This document shows, piece by piece, positions 38,395 through 48,335 of a stretch of 64,000 nt of DNA (positions within the stretch are counted from its first letter, which is position 1; every line of letters starts with the position of its first letter). The stretch spans positions 261,484 through 325,483 of the forward strand of contig CAWJAW010000005.1 in assembly GCA_963840965.1 (NCBI GenBank), written 5' to 3'. A model generated the notes under the pieces. It saw only the letters and a program-made list of their open reading frames with translations. It did no database searches and had not been told where the DNA came from. Source of the stretch: an uncultured Bacteroidales bacterium. GTDB lineage: Bacteria > Bacteroidota > Bacteroidia > Bacteroidales > VadinHA17. The position numbers and the translations under genes are program-made.

Positions 38395-39882
38395 CTATAA
38401 TCCTGACGGGCTTCCTACTCTTATCATGGCACACCTGAAACCGATGTCATCTCGGCTGCTCTCCTGATCGAGGAACCTGCGGGTGGAAGGATTCAGCCAA
38501 TAGGCTCTGTCTCTCCATGAACCGCCCTTGTATACTCTGGCGTTATCATTAATAAGAGTGTAGTATTCCTTTTCCTCCTGAATATACATCCTTGACGAAC
38601 CTTGCTTGTTGTCTTCAACGGTCCAGTCGGAGCCGCTCACAATCGAGGATGCCAGATCTCCATCCCTGTAATTCCTGTAATCACCCCTCTGATAGTTATA
38701 CCTGTTTGCAACATCCGGATCCTTGACTGTATCCACATAAAGCCTTCCGAGTCTGTCCTTGCCTACAACCTGTCCGTTGGCATCTCTCCTCAGGTCAGTG
38801 AAGACGTTACCCCTGTAAGGATTGAATCCGTCAACATCCTGTGAGGTCATAGGACGATAAACATCCTGAACCCATTCATTTACATTACCAGCCATGCAGT
38901 AAAGACCATAATCGTTTGGCCAGTATGATTTTACATCGGTTGTGATACTTCCGTTATCGTTAAGGCTTCCGGCAACTCCCATCATATCTCCCCTACCGCG
39001 GACAAAATTTGCCATCATTTCACCGCGCGATTTCTTGGCGGCATTTCTTACGTTATGACCATCCCACGGGTAAATCCTTCTCTCATAAATGCGTTCCTCA
39101 TAAGTATTGCCCCTGAGTGCATAGGCAGCAAATTCCCACTCGGCTTCGGTCGGAAGCCTGTAGGCAGGAAGTAAAAGACCATCCTCAAAATTGGTACGTC
39201 TTTCCGTCTGGTTTGGATTAAGGCTTTCTCTCAGCCTGTTGACAACTCCTTCATACTGACCTGCAAGATAAGCCTCAGTATTGAAATTCTTCTCATTAAG
39301 CTGATTCGGATCAGGATTGAGTTCACCTTCATCGATAAGAAGTTGCTCGTTGACCCTGTCTGTTCTCCACAAACAGTAATCATTTGCCTTAACCCAGCTT
39401 ACTCCTACAACAGGATAGTTATTGTAAGCAGGGTGCCGGAAGTAATACTGAACATAGGGGTCGTTGAAACCCATCGGGCTTCTCCATACCAGCGTATCGG
39501 GCAAAGCTCTCCTGAATACCTCGGGATAATCCTTGTAAACCCGCTTCAGCCAGAACAAATACTCACGATAATCAACGTTCCTAACCTCCGTCTCATCCAT
39601 GTAAAATGAAGATACCGTGACCGTCCTGGGACTATTATTCCAGTCAAACATCACATCCTGCTCAACTCGCCCCATGGTGAAGCGTCCACCTTCTATAAGT
39701 ACAAGACCCGGCCCGGTTTTTTGCTCTGCCCCTAAGGCAACCTCAAATCCCCCATTGTCAGGATCATTGTAACTCCACCCCGTGGTTTGTGATACATTCG
39801 AATCGCCTCTTTTGCCCCCCTTGCACGAAAAGAGAATCAGAGCCGAAATTAGTATGACCGACAAGATTCTAAATCTAGACAT
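38395..39882 (-). CDS. gldJ: Gliding motility lipoprotein GldJ (FGE-sulfatase/SUMF1-like fold)
   Basis: Lipobox LFSC and an N-terminal TTGWSYNDPDNGGFE. The motif block is GPGLVLIEGGRFTMG...DWNN...V.SFYMDETEV.N..Y, then YPVVGVSW and WRTDRVNE. It lies next to murF and porU/porV, as I recall for Flavobacterium johnsoniae. No gldL/M/N follows, so it is not gldK. Confidence 0.8.
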   Translation of the reverse strand: MSRFRILSVILISALILFSCKGGKRGDSNVSQTTGWSYNDPDNGGFEVALGAEQKTGPGLVLIEGGRFTMGRVEQDVMFDWNNSPRTVTVSSFYMDETEVRNVDYREYLFWLKRVYKDYPEVFRRALPDTLVWRSPMGFNDPYVQYYFRHPAYNNYPVVGVSWVKANDYCLWRTDRVNEQLLIDEGELNPDPNQLNEKNFNTEAYLAGQYEGVVNRLRESLNPNQTERRTNFEDGLLLPAYRLPTEAEWEFAAYALRGNTYEERIYERRIYPWDGHNVRNAAKKSRGEMMANFVRGRGDMMGVAGSLNDNGSITTDVKSYWPNDYGLYCMAGNVNEWVQDVYRPMTSQDVDGFNPYRGNVFTDLRRDANGQVVGKDRLGRLYVDTVKDPDVANRYNYQRGDYRNYRDGDLASSIVSGSDWTVEDNKQGSSRMYIQEEKEYYTLINDNARVYKGGSWRDRAYWLNPSTRRFLDQESSRDDIGFRCAMIRVGSPSGL

Positions 39883-39913
39883 AACTCCTTAATTTTAATG
39901 CATTTATGATTTT

Positions 39914-39921
39914 CAAAAATA
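39914..39921 (-). promoter_or_regulatory. Candidate -7 box (TATTTTTG) for gldJ
   Basis: An exact TAnnTTTG match on the minus strand, 31 nt upstream of the gldJ ATG. Confidence 0.4.
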
Positions 39922-39960
39922 CGTAAGCCGTAAAATATTTTTTTTAGGACACCAATATAA

Positions 39961-40929
39961 CTACATATCAGGTGCATTTATTGTTCTCCCCTTAATTCTT
40001 TTTTCAACATTATTGAAACGGAAACTCAGGCCGGTCTGATGCATCAGCGAAAAAGGCGTAACCCGGCTTTCTGAAGCAATATTGAACCTGTAGCTGTAAA
40101 ATAGTGACATCCGGTCAAGCCTGACAGAGAACCCAGCCTGACAATCGAGTCCGGCAGAGTTTTCCATAATAATCAAACCACTGACCGACAGGTTATTGCT
40201 TTCTATAACCGCCCCTGCCGCCAAGGAATGATAATCGCCCTGCAACTCGAATCTTCCTGCCGGAACCAGTTTTAATCCGCTCCATCTTTTAAGGCTCAGA
40301 TCAGCAGATAAATGTACAAGAAGCTTCCTTTCGAGGCGTTCCTCCGGCGATCCCCTGCCATCAGGATCCGGCCCCGAAAGATGAGTTATTGCCAGACCTC
40401 CTGAAATATTTCTGTAAATGAACATGAACCCGGTTCCAACATCAAAAACAGTCCTGTTTTGACTTCCCTGAAGATCAGCAGTCGGCAATCCAACCCCACC
40501 CATTGCATCAATCTCGTCAGGGAAAACTGCACCACTGAAATTAAATCCCCTGCTGAAGAAGCCAGCTGAAAGTCCGCCATTAATATACAGTTCTCTTCCG
40601 GCTTGAAGAAAATAAGAATACGACAAGCCTCCTCTGAGATCATTCATAATACCGCCAATATGATCGCTGGCGATATAGGCGCCGGCACCTCCGTGAAGCA
40701 GATCAAAGTAAGAATCATAGGAAATGAAAAAAGAATGAAAGTTATAATTGTTACCCGGATAGAAATTCATATACGAAAGTCTCATGATACCATCATATTC
40801 ACTCCCCGCAAATGCCGGATTATTCATTACCATGGTCTGGTAACCCGGACCGTAGCAGGTCTCCTGGCTGTTGACAGTTTCACAAAAAGACAAAAAAACC
40901 AGCAATATAATCCGGGTTGAGTTTCTCAT
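39961..40929 (-). CDS. PorP/SprF family T9SS-associated outer-membrane protein (divergent paralog)
   Basis: A signal peptide is followed by YQTMVMNNPAFAGSE...MRLSY, which matches the family N-terminal motif. The sequence is glycine/aromatic beta-strand rich and the C-terminus is HQTGLSFRF. Confidence 0.7.
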   Translation of the reverse strand: MRNSTRIILLVFLSFCETVNSQETCYGPGYQTMVMNNPAFAGSEYDGIMRLSYMNFYPGNNYNFHSFFISYDSYFDLLHGGAGAYIASDHIGGIMNDLRGGLSYSYFLQAGRELYINGGLSAGFFSRGFNFSGAVFPDEIDAMGGVGLPTADLQGSQNRTVFDVGTGFMFIYRNISGGLAITHLSGPDPDGRGSPEERLERKLLVHLSADLSLKRWSGLKLVPAGRFELQGDYHSLAAGAVIESNNLSVSGLIIMENSAGLDCQAGFSVRLDRMSLFYSYRFNIASESRVTPFSLMHQTGLSFRFNNVEKRIKGRTINAPDM

Positions 40930-41028
40930 CAGTCTTGAAGTTCCTTTACTAACTCCGTGAATCCCTAATAATTTATTATAAAATAATTTTCAACCTGCAA
41001 AATAAACCAAAAACCTTAACTACATTTC

Positions 41029-41036
41029 TATCTTTG
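41029..41036 (+). promoter_or_regulatory. Candidate -7 box (TATCTTTG) for porU
   Basis: An exact TAnnTTTG match that contains the ORF-track TTG start (41034). It lies 9 nt before the ATG at 41046. Confidence 0.4.
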
Positions 41037-41045
41037 TCACTCATA

Positions 41046-44000
41046 ATGAGAAAAGATTTAAAAATAAAGTGTCTGACCACTGTATTTTTTATCCTGACAC
41101 TCCCCGGAATCTCCCAGGAGTATTCCTCAACATCTGTTCTTTCGTCCGGAAAATGGTACAGTATTTCAGTAACAGAGGATAACATCTACCGAATTGATTA
41201 TTCAACCCTGAAGTCGTTGGGTCTCGAAAATCCTTCAAACCCAAGGATATTCGGCAATAATACCGGTCAGCTCTCCTACTACAATGATGGTTCACAACCT
41301 GACGACCTTAAAGAAATCGCCATTTTTACAAATACCGGTTCCGATGGGATCTTCAATGAAGGTGATTACCTTCTTTTCTTCGGCTCAGGCACAGGCAGGT
41401 GGATCTACGATTATTCAACCGGAGAATTCAGCCATCTGAAACATAACTATTCCGATACTGCATTTTATTTCCTCACCTCCGGACTAACGCCCGGCAGAAG
41501 AATAATCCGATCGGAAGAGCCTGTTAATCAGCCCGATTTCATAACAGAAACATCAGATGATCTTTTCATACATGAAATCGAATCGGAGAACATTCTTCAC
41601 TCCGGAAGAGAATGGTATCAGACTGCCGGAAGCGGAAGGGATATTGAGATTAATCCGGGATTCAGCGATGTCCTTACGACTGAAAAAATCAAGTACAAAA
41701 TAAATGTTCTGGCTAGAGCATCAATATCAACCCGTTTCAGTTTCAGCGATTCAAAATCGACACTTTCATCGGTTCAGGTTGAAGGAATTAATCTTTCATC
41801 AACAACCGGGATCTGGGCCCGGACTGCAGAAATGAAAGGAGAGGCTTTCCCGCAGACTTCAGAACCGGTTTTCAGAATTACATTTTCAAACAGCGGTGAG
41901 ATTTCTGCAAGAGGATGGATTGATTATGTAATTCTGCACGCCCGAAAACAAAATAAATTTAACGGCCGGTATTCTGCCTTCTTTGATTCCCGGTCGGTTA
42001 ACGAAGGGGTGGTCACGGAATTTGTAATATCCGGCGAGGCAGAAAATGCAATTATCTGGGACGTCAGCGATCCAATTAATCCCTCTGAACAAAACCCAAC
42101 CATCACTGGAGGTAAAATCAGATTCAGAAGTGAAACCGATTCGCTGAAAACATTTATAGCTTTTAGCCCGCAAAATGCAAAAGTCGCTGTAATTGCCCCA
42201 AATCCGGTTCCAAACCAGGATCTTCACAATTCATATGCGGTTGATATGGTGATTGTTGTTCACCCCCTGTTTTATCCTTATGCCGTCCGATTGGCAGAAC
42301 TGCACAGAAGCAGCAGCGGACTGGAATCCCTGGTGACTACCCCTCAGCAGATCTACAATGAGTTCTCAGGCGGCATACCCGATATCGTCGCAATACGTAA
42401 CTTTCTGAAAATGAAATACCAGCGCCAGAAAAATGGGGAACGCCAACTACGATACCTTCTCCTGTTCGGCGACGGATCATATGACAACGGGACACCTCCT
42501 CCCGGAAACACCAATTACATCCCCACCTACCAGACTCTTAACTCAAATGTCACTATCTCCTCCTTTACCTCTGATGATTTCTACGGCCTGCTCGACGACG
42601 GGGAAGGAGAAGAGATTGGTACAGAGGATCTTGGAATTGGCAGGTTCCCTGTGTCTGATACATCCGAAGCAAGGATCATGGTCACTAAAATTGAAAAATA
42701 CCTGAACGCTTCTGATCATGCGGACTGGAAGAATCTATTGTGCATGATTGCGGATGACGAGGATGGGAATATACATATGAGTGATTCCGAAGGACTTGTT
42801 GCCATTGCTGAGGAGCGCGCACCATGGGCTGTAATTGATAAGATCTATATCGATGCTTTCAAACAATCGACAACATCAACAGGGCAGTTCTATCCTGATG
42901 CAACAAGAGTAATTAATGACAGAATCAACTCCGGAGCGCTCATAGTAAATTACGTCGGGCATGGAAACGAAACAAGTCTGGCCCACGAAAGAATTATTTC
43001 CCCGGTGGAAATTAGAAGTTGGCGCAACCAGGGCAGACTACCTCTCTTCATAACTGCCACATGTGAATTCAGTCGCTTCGACGATATCTCAGCCAATCCT
43101 GCAACAGGTATGGCTGTAGAAAAGCAGTCATCGGGCGAGAGTATTCTTCTTCATCCCGACGGAGGGGCAATAGCGCTAATGTCCACCACACGGCTTGTCT
43201 ATTCAGCTCCAAATTACATCCTCAACAGAAATATCTTTGAAACAGCCTTCAACCGCGATCAGGATGGAAGATCGATGAGACTGGGCGACATTATTCGCAT
43301 TGCCAAGAACATTTCGGGATCCAATACCAACAAAAGGAATTTCCTGCTGCTCGGTGACCCGGCTTTACGACTTGCCTGGCCATGGAACGGCAAAGTGGTC
43401 ACCGACTCAATAAACAAGGTTCCGGCTGGTGAATCCGTCGACACACTAAAAGCCCTTTCAATGATTACCATCTCTGGCCATATCGAGGATATTTCAGGAA
43501 ATCCGACAGAAGATTTCAATGGGATAGTATCACACACTGTGCTCGGAAAACCATCTCTTAATGAAACACTTGCCAACGACGGCGGAGAAATATTGCAATT
43601 CACGGAGAGAGACGTCATTCTTTTTGCCGGCAAAACGAAGGCTGTAAATGGAAGGTTCAGGTTTAGCTTTATCGTTCCCAGAGACATTGATTACTCACCT
43701 GGACAGGGAAAAATAATCTACTATGCATCCGACGGCAACAGGGATATGAATGGAAGTTTTACTGATATCGTGACGGGAGGATTCAGCAATTCGGACCATA
43801 ACGACTCATCCGGTCCATTGATAAGATTGTTCCTTAATGACACTCTCTTCCGCAGCGGAGGTATTACCGGCAGCAATCCGGTTTTGCTTGCACTTATAGA
43901 GGACGGAGGAGGGATCAACACAGCCGGAAGTGGGATTGGACATGATATAACCTTCTGGCTCGACGGAGACAAATCAAGTCCCGTTATCCTGAACAACTAT

Positions 44001-44462
44001 TTTCAAAATGATTTTGGAAGCTTTAGCTCAGGATCAGTTTATTATCCCCTTTACGGAATAAGCCCGGGAAGTCATACCCTGACTCTAAAGGCCTGGGATA
44101 ATTTCAATAATTCCTCTGAAGTATCGATTCATTTCAATTCCGGTGCTGAAGAAAATTTTGTGCTTAAAAAGCTTCTGAACTATCCTAATCCTTTCAGCGA
44201 AAGCACAAGGATAAGTCTTCAGCACAACAGACCCGAAGGAATTTTGCGTGTTTCAGTGTCAATTTTTAATATTAATGGTCAGCTTATCAATGTCTTAAAC
44301 ACCACCCTGAGATCTTCCGGATACCAGCTTGAACCCATAATCTGGGACAGGCGGACTTCAGGTGGTCAGAAAGCCCCTAAAGGGATCTATCCCTATAGGG
44401 TCAAAATCACCTCCGAAACCGGTGAAACATCCACTCTTTCAGGAAGAATGATCATTTATTAA
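41046..44462 (+). CDS. porU: Type IX secretion system sortase PorU (C25-like peptidase)
   Basis: About 1140 aa. The N-terminus is SVLSSGKWYSISV..DNIYRIDY, there is a gingipain-like caspase-fold core, and the C-terminus has a sorting-domain-like LNYPNPF...GIYPYRV. It is followed directly by porV. Confidence 0.9.
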   Translation: MRKDLKIKCLTTVFFILTLPGISQEYSSTSVLSSGKWYSISVTEDNIYRIDYSTLKSLGLENPSNPRIFGNNTGQLSYYNDGSQPDDLKEIAIFTNTGSDGIFNEGDYLLFFGSGTGRWIYDYSTGEFSHLKHNYSDTAFYFLTSGLTPGRRIIRSEEPVNQPDFITETSDDLFIHEIESENILHSGREWYQTAGSGRDIEINPGFSDVLTTEKIKYKINVLARASISTRFSFSDSKSTLSSVQVEGINLSSTTGIWARTAEMKGEAFPQTSEPVFRITFSNSGEISARGWIDYVILHARKQNKFNGRYSAFFDSRSVNEGVVTEFVISGEAENAIIWDVSDPINPSEQNPTITGGKIRFRSETDSLKTFIAFSPQNAKVAVIAPNPVPNQDLHNSYAVDMVIVVHPLFYPYAVRLAELHRSSSGLESLVTTPQQIYNEFSGGIPDIVAIRNFLKMKYQRQKNGERQLRYLLLFGDGSYDNGTPPPGNTNYIPTYQTLNSNVTISSFTSDDFYGLLDDGEGEEIGTEDLGIGRFPVSDTSEARIMVTKIEKYLNASDHADWKNLLCMIADDEDGNIHMSDSEGLVAIAEERAPWAVIDKIYIDAFKQSTTSTGQFYPDATRVINDRINSGALIVNYVGHGNETSLAHERIISPVEIRSWRNQGRLPLFITATCEFSRFDDISANPATGMAVEKQSSGESILLHPDGGAIALMSTTRLVYSAPNYILNRNIFETAFNRDQDGRSMRLGDIIRIAKNISGSNTNKRNFLLLGDPALRLAWPWNGKVVTDSINKVPAGESVDTLKALSMITISGHIEDISGNPTEDFNGIVSHTVLGKPSLNETLANDGGEILQFTERDVILFAGKTKAVNGRFRFSFIVPRDIDYSPGQGKIIYYASDGNRDMNGSFTDIVTGGFSNSDHNDSSGPLIRLFLNDTLFRSGGITGSNPVLLALIEDGGGINTAGSGIGHDITFWLDGDKSSPVILNNYFQNDFGSFSSGSVYYPLYGISPGSHTLTLKAWDNFNNSSEVSIHFNSGAEENFVLKKLLNYPNPFSESTRISLQHNRPEGILRVSVSIFNINGQLINVLNTTLRSSGYQLEPIIWDRRTSGGQKAPKGIYPYRVKITSETGETSTLSGRMIIY

Positions 44463-44495
44463 CAATCACACAATAAGTCGGCGAATTATTTGTTT

Positions 44496-44503
44496 TATAT
44501 TTG
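44496..44503 (+). promoter_or_regulatory. Candidate -7 box (TATATTTG) for porV
   Basis: An exact TAnnTTTG match, 26 nt upstream of the porV ATG. Confidence 0.4.
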
Positions 44504-44529
44504 CATTTTGAAAATCAAAAAGACAAAAT

Positions 44530-45690
44530 ATGAAGAAAACAATTACTCCCGCAATATTTATCCTGCTACTTTTTTCACTGACTGCCCGGTTGAATTCCCA
44601 GGAACTGAATGCTATTCAGACTGTGGTGCCCTTTATTACCATAGCACCTGACTCAAGGGCAGGAGCTATGGGCGATGTCGGTGCTGCAACATCACCGGAT
44701 ATTTACAGCCAGCACTGGAATCCGGCGAAATATGCATTTATTGATGGCAATGCAGGTGTCGGTATTTCCTATTCTCCATGGCTAAGAAACCTTGTTCCGG
44801 ACATCAATATTGCGTACCTCACAGGTTATTACAGGATAGACGAAAAGCAGGTTGCAAGTGCAAGCCTCCTCTATTCATCCCTTGGGGATGTCCATTTCAC
44901 TGACGATTTCGGAAATCTTGAAAGGACTTTCAAACCAAATGAGCTTGCTTTCGACCTGGGTTATTCGAGAATTTTTGCCGAGCACTTTTCCGGTGGCATC
45001 GCATTCAGGTTTATCTATTCAAACCTCACCGGCGGATCTTATTCAGGAGGTGATGCCACTAAGGCAGGAACTTCATTCGCTGCAGATATTTCAGGTTATT
45101 ACAACAACAATGTCTCCATGTTTGGTAAGGACGGAGAGGTTGGACTGGGTGTTAACTTCTCAAATATCGGATCTAAAATGAGTTATTCGGATGATCAGGC
45201 CTCTGATTTCATCCCGATGAACCTGAGGCTTGGCGGTTCTGGCACTGTTGAACTGGATGAATTCAACAAACTGACGCTTGCAGTGGATTTCAACAAACTT
45301 CTTGTTCCCACACCCCCGAAATACAGTACATCGAATCCCGACAGTATAATCGCCGGTAAAGATCCCAATGTAGGGGTTCCCGTTGCGATATTCCAGTCGT
45401 TTTACGATGCTCCCGGAGGATTCAGTGAGGAACTCCGCGAATGGACGGCTTCAATCGGACTTGAATACTGGTACAGCGACCAGTTTGCTCTCAGAGCCGG
45501 ATACTTCCACGAAAATGAGAGCAAGGGAAACCGGAAATACTTTACAGCAGGAGCAGGATTCAAACTCAGAGGATTCACCATCGATTTCTCATACCTGATG
45601 CCTACTGTTTCGAACCATCCCCTTGCAAGAACTCTCCGCTTCTCCCTGGCATTCGATATCAATGCTCTTCAAAGAAACGGTAATCAATAA
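44530..45690 (+). CDS. porV: Type IX secretion system outer-membrane shuttle protein PorV (LptO)
   Basis: A signal peptide is followed by VVPFITIAPDSRAGAMGDVGAATSPD..SQHWNPAKYAF, characteristic of PorV. The length fits a beta-barrel, and porU-porV synteny is present. Confidence 0.9.
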   Translation: MKKTITPAIFILLLFSLTARLNSQELNAIQTVVPFITIAPDSRAGAMGDVGAATSPDIYSQHWNPAKYAFIDGNAGVGISYSPWLRNLVPDINIAYLTGYYRIDEKQVASASLLYSSLGDVHFTDDFGNLERTFKPNELAFDLGYSRIFAEHFSGGIAFRFIYSNLTGGSYSGGDATKAGTSFAADISGYYNNNVSMFGKDGEVGLGVNFSNIGSKMSYSDDQASDFIPMNLRLGGSGTVELDEFNKLTLAVDFNKLLVPTPPKYSTSNPDSIIAGKDPNVGVPVAIFQSFYDAPGGFSEELREWTASIGLEYWYSDQFALRAGYFHENESKGNRKYFTAGAGFKLRGFTIDFSYLMPTVSNHPLARTLRFSLAFDINALQRNGNQ

Positions 45691-45692
45691 TA

Positions 45693-46175
45693 ATGAATAT
45701 CAGGATAGGCCAGGGTATCGATTTTCATCGCCTCGAACCAGGTCCTGACCTTTGGCTCGGAGGAGTCATGATACCTTCTGAACGAGGTTGTATAGCCCAT
45801 TCCGACGGGGATGTTCTGTTGCACGCCATTTGTGATGCGTTGCTGGGTGGAGCAGGTTTAAGGGATATCGGATATCATTTCCCCGACTCCGATCAGAAGT
45901 TCAAAAACATCAGAAGCACTATACTGTTGAAAAAGACCTTCACCCTTATCCAAAAGGAAGGATTCCATATCATCAATATCGACTCCACTATCTGTCTTGA
46001 GCAGCCAAAAATAGCTCCCTATGCCGAGGAAATGAGGAAAATAATATCAGGGATTCTGAAAATTGGGCCTAGAGAGGTCTCAATTAAGGCCACAACCACC
46101 GAAAAGCTCGGATTCACCGGAAGAGAAGAAGGTGTTGTTGCATTAGCGGTCGCCCTGCTTGGAAAAAGTTTCTAG
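45693..46175 (+). CDS. ispF: 2-C-methyl-D-erythritol 2,4-cyclodiphosphate synthase
   Basis: RIGQGIDFHRL and AHSDGDVLLHA motifs; 160 aa. Confidence 0.92.
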   Translation: MNIRIGQGIDFHRLEPGPDLWLGGVMIPSERGCIAHSDGDVLLHAICDALLGGAGLRDIGYHFPDSDQKFKNIRSTILLKKTFTLIQKEGFHIINIDSTICLEQPKIAPYAEEMRKIISGILKIGPREVSIKATTTEKLGFTGREEGVVALAVALLGKSF

Positions 46176-48196
46176 CCTGATTCTGCGAAACCTAAAGCTT
46201 CATCAATTACACTGTCATCAGCAAGATACGGAACGTTAACCTTAAGTTCCGGATTTCGCCTCATCTCCCTTTCAAGGGTGAACATCGCCGCGGTATTTCT
46301 TGCCCAGCTTCTTCGTGCAATTCCATTGTTTACGTCCCAGTGAAGCATCATCGATAACTTGCGATCTGTTTCCGGCGATCCGTCGAGCACCATCCCGAAA
46401 CCGCCGTTGATAACCTCTCCCCATCCGACTCCTCCTCCATTATGGAGTGAAACCCATGTGGCTCCGCGAAATGCATCTCCAATTACATTCTGAACTGCCA
46501 TATCGGCAGTAAACATTGATCCGTCACGAATATTGGAAGTCTCACGGTAAGGAGAGTCAGTTCCTGAAACGTCATGATGATCCCTGCCTATTACTATCGG
46601 TGCGGTAATTTCACCCCGTGCAATTGCATTGTTGAAGGCACGGGCAATGCCTATCCTGCCTTCAGAATCAGCATAAAGTATCCTGGCTTGCGAGCCCACT
46701 ACAAGTCTGTTTTCACCAGCCTCCTTAATCCAGCGTATATTGTCAGCCATCTGAAGCCGTATCTCCTGAGGTGATTCATTCATAATCTCCTCAAGGGTTT
46801 CAGATGCTATCCTGTCCGTCGTGTCAAGATCCACCGGATCATTTGAACAGCAAACCCACCTGAAGGGCCCGAAGCCGAAATCGAAACACATCGGTCCCAT
46901 GATATCCTCAACATATGAAGGATACCTGAAACCTCCGCCTGGTTTCATAATATCTGCTCCGGCTCTTGAGGCTTCGAGAAGAAACGCATTTCCGTAGTCA
47001 AAGAAATAGGTGCCGTTTGCGGAATGCCTGTTTATCGCTTTAACCTGACGCCTTAGTGATTCCTTCACCAGCTCCCTGAATCGTCCGGGATCCTCTGAAA
47101 TCATCCTGTTCGACTCATCAAATGATATACCTGCCGGATAATAGCCACCGGCCCAGGGATTATGAAGACTGGTCTGATCGGACCCGATATCCACCTTAAT
47201 ATTCTCTTCCGCCAGATGTTCCCAAAGATCCACTATATTCCCATTATAAGCTATGGATAGAGGATTGTTCCCTTTCTTCGCCTCCTTCAATCTGGCGATC
47301 AGTATATCCAAATCAGATATCATCTCATCGACCCAACCCTGGAAAAAACGCTTACCGGCAGCTAAGGGATTTATCTCGGCAATAACTGAAACAACACCTG
47401 CAATCTTTCCTGCCTTGGGCTGTGCCCCGGACATTCCTCCGAGACCCGATGATACAAAGATTCTCAGTTCATCTTTATCATCCGTTTTTTCAATTCTCCG
47501 GCATGCATTGAGAATGGTGATCGTGGTTCCATGGACTATTCCCTGAGGACCTATATACATGTACGATCCTGCTGTCATCTGGCCATACTGGGAAACACCT
47601 AAAGCGTTAAATTTCTCCCAGTGATCCTGTGATGAGTAGTTGGGAATAACCATTCCGTTCGATACCACAACCCGGGGGGCATCCCGGTGAGACGGAAAAA
47701 GTCCGAGCGGATGACCCGAGTTCATAACCAGGGTCTGCTCATCAGTCATTTCAGAAAGATATTTCATTGTCAGACGGTATTGTGCCCAGTTCTGAAAAAC
47801 AGCACCATTCCCTCCATAGGTGATCAATTCGTGAGGATGTTGCGCAACACTTTCATCAAGGTTGTTTGATATCATCAGCATTATAGCGGCAGCCTGCACC
47901 GATCTGTGAGGAAATTCGTCAAGGTGCCTGGCTCTTATTTCATATTCAGGCCTGAACCTGTACATATATATCCTTCCTCTCTCAGAAAGCTCAGCAGCAA
48001 ATTCCGGTGCCAGAATACTGTGAAACCGGGGTGGAAAATAACGCAGGGCATTTCTGACGGCCAGCTTCTTCTCTTCAGGGATGAGAATATCCTTGCGCTT
48101 TGGTGCATGATTGACATTGGGGTCGAATTGTTTAGGCTCCGGAAGCGAATCCGGAATACCTTCGCTTACCAGTATTCGAAATTCTTCGGTAGTCAT
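46172..48196 (-). CDS. hutU: Urocanate hydratase
   Basis: The 674-aa product has the conserved blocks GGMSGAQP, LHNGGGVGWG and SWARN. This is the long Bacteroidota form. Confidence 0.9.
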   Translation of the reverse strand: MTTEEFRILVSEGIPDSLPEPKQFDPNVNHAPKRKDILIPEEKKLAVRNALRYFPPRFHSILAPEFAAELSERGRIYMYRFRPEYEIRARHLDEFPHRSVQAAAIMLMISNNLDESVAQHPHELITYGGNGAVFQNWAQYRLTMKYLSEMTDEQTLVMNSGHPLGLFPSHRDAPRVVVSNGMVIPNYSSQDHWEKFNALGVSQYGQMTAGSYMYIGPQGIVHGTTITILNACRRIEKTDDKDELRIFVSSGLGGMSGAQPKAGKIAGVVSVIAEINPLAAGKRFFQGWVDEMISDLDILIARLKEAKKGNNPLSIAYNGNIVDLWEHLAEENIKVDIGSDQTSLHNPWAGGYYPAGISFDESNRMISEDPGRFRELVKESLRRQVKAINRHSANGTYFFDYGNAFLLEASRAGADIMKPGGGFRYPSYVEDIMGPMCFDFGFGPFRWVCCSNDPVDLDTTDRIASETLEEIMNESPQEIRLQMADNIRWIKEAGENRLVVGSQARILYADSEGRIGIARAFNNAIARGEITAPIVIGRDHHDVSGTDSPYRETSNIRDGSMFTADMAVQNVIGDAFRGATWVSLHNGGGVGWGEVINGGFGMVLDGSPETDRKLSMMLHWDVNNGIARRSWARNTAAMFTLEREMRRNPELKVNVPYLADDSVIDEALGFAESG

Positions 48197-48335
48197 GGAT
48201 TGGCGGATAACACGTTAATGACGTAAAATTAGAAAATTTTTGCGCCATTCACCCCGTCCATGACATGGGCTTTCTAATATTGCCTGTTATTACCAGGAAA
48301 ACCTTCTGAAGTATACAGAGACATTTATCCTGCTT

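Noticed and set aside
39883-39890. AAGGAG upstream of gldJ as a Shine-Dalgarno site
   Set aside because: Only 2 nt separate it from the ATG. That is too close for productive SD pairing, so it is treated as coincidental.
48197-48335. The palindrome CCATGACATGG and AT-rich motifs upstream of hutU as a regulator-binding site
   Set aside because: It is a single short palindrome with a 1-nt centre, no second half-site and no known matching operator. The evidence is insufficient.
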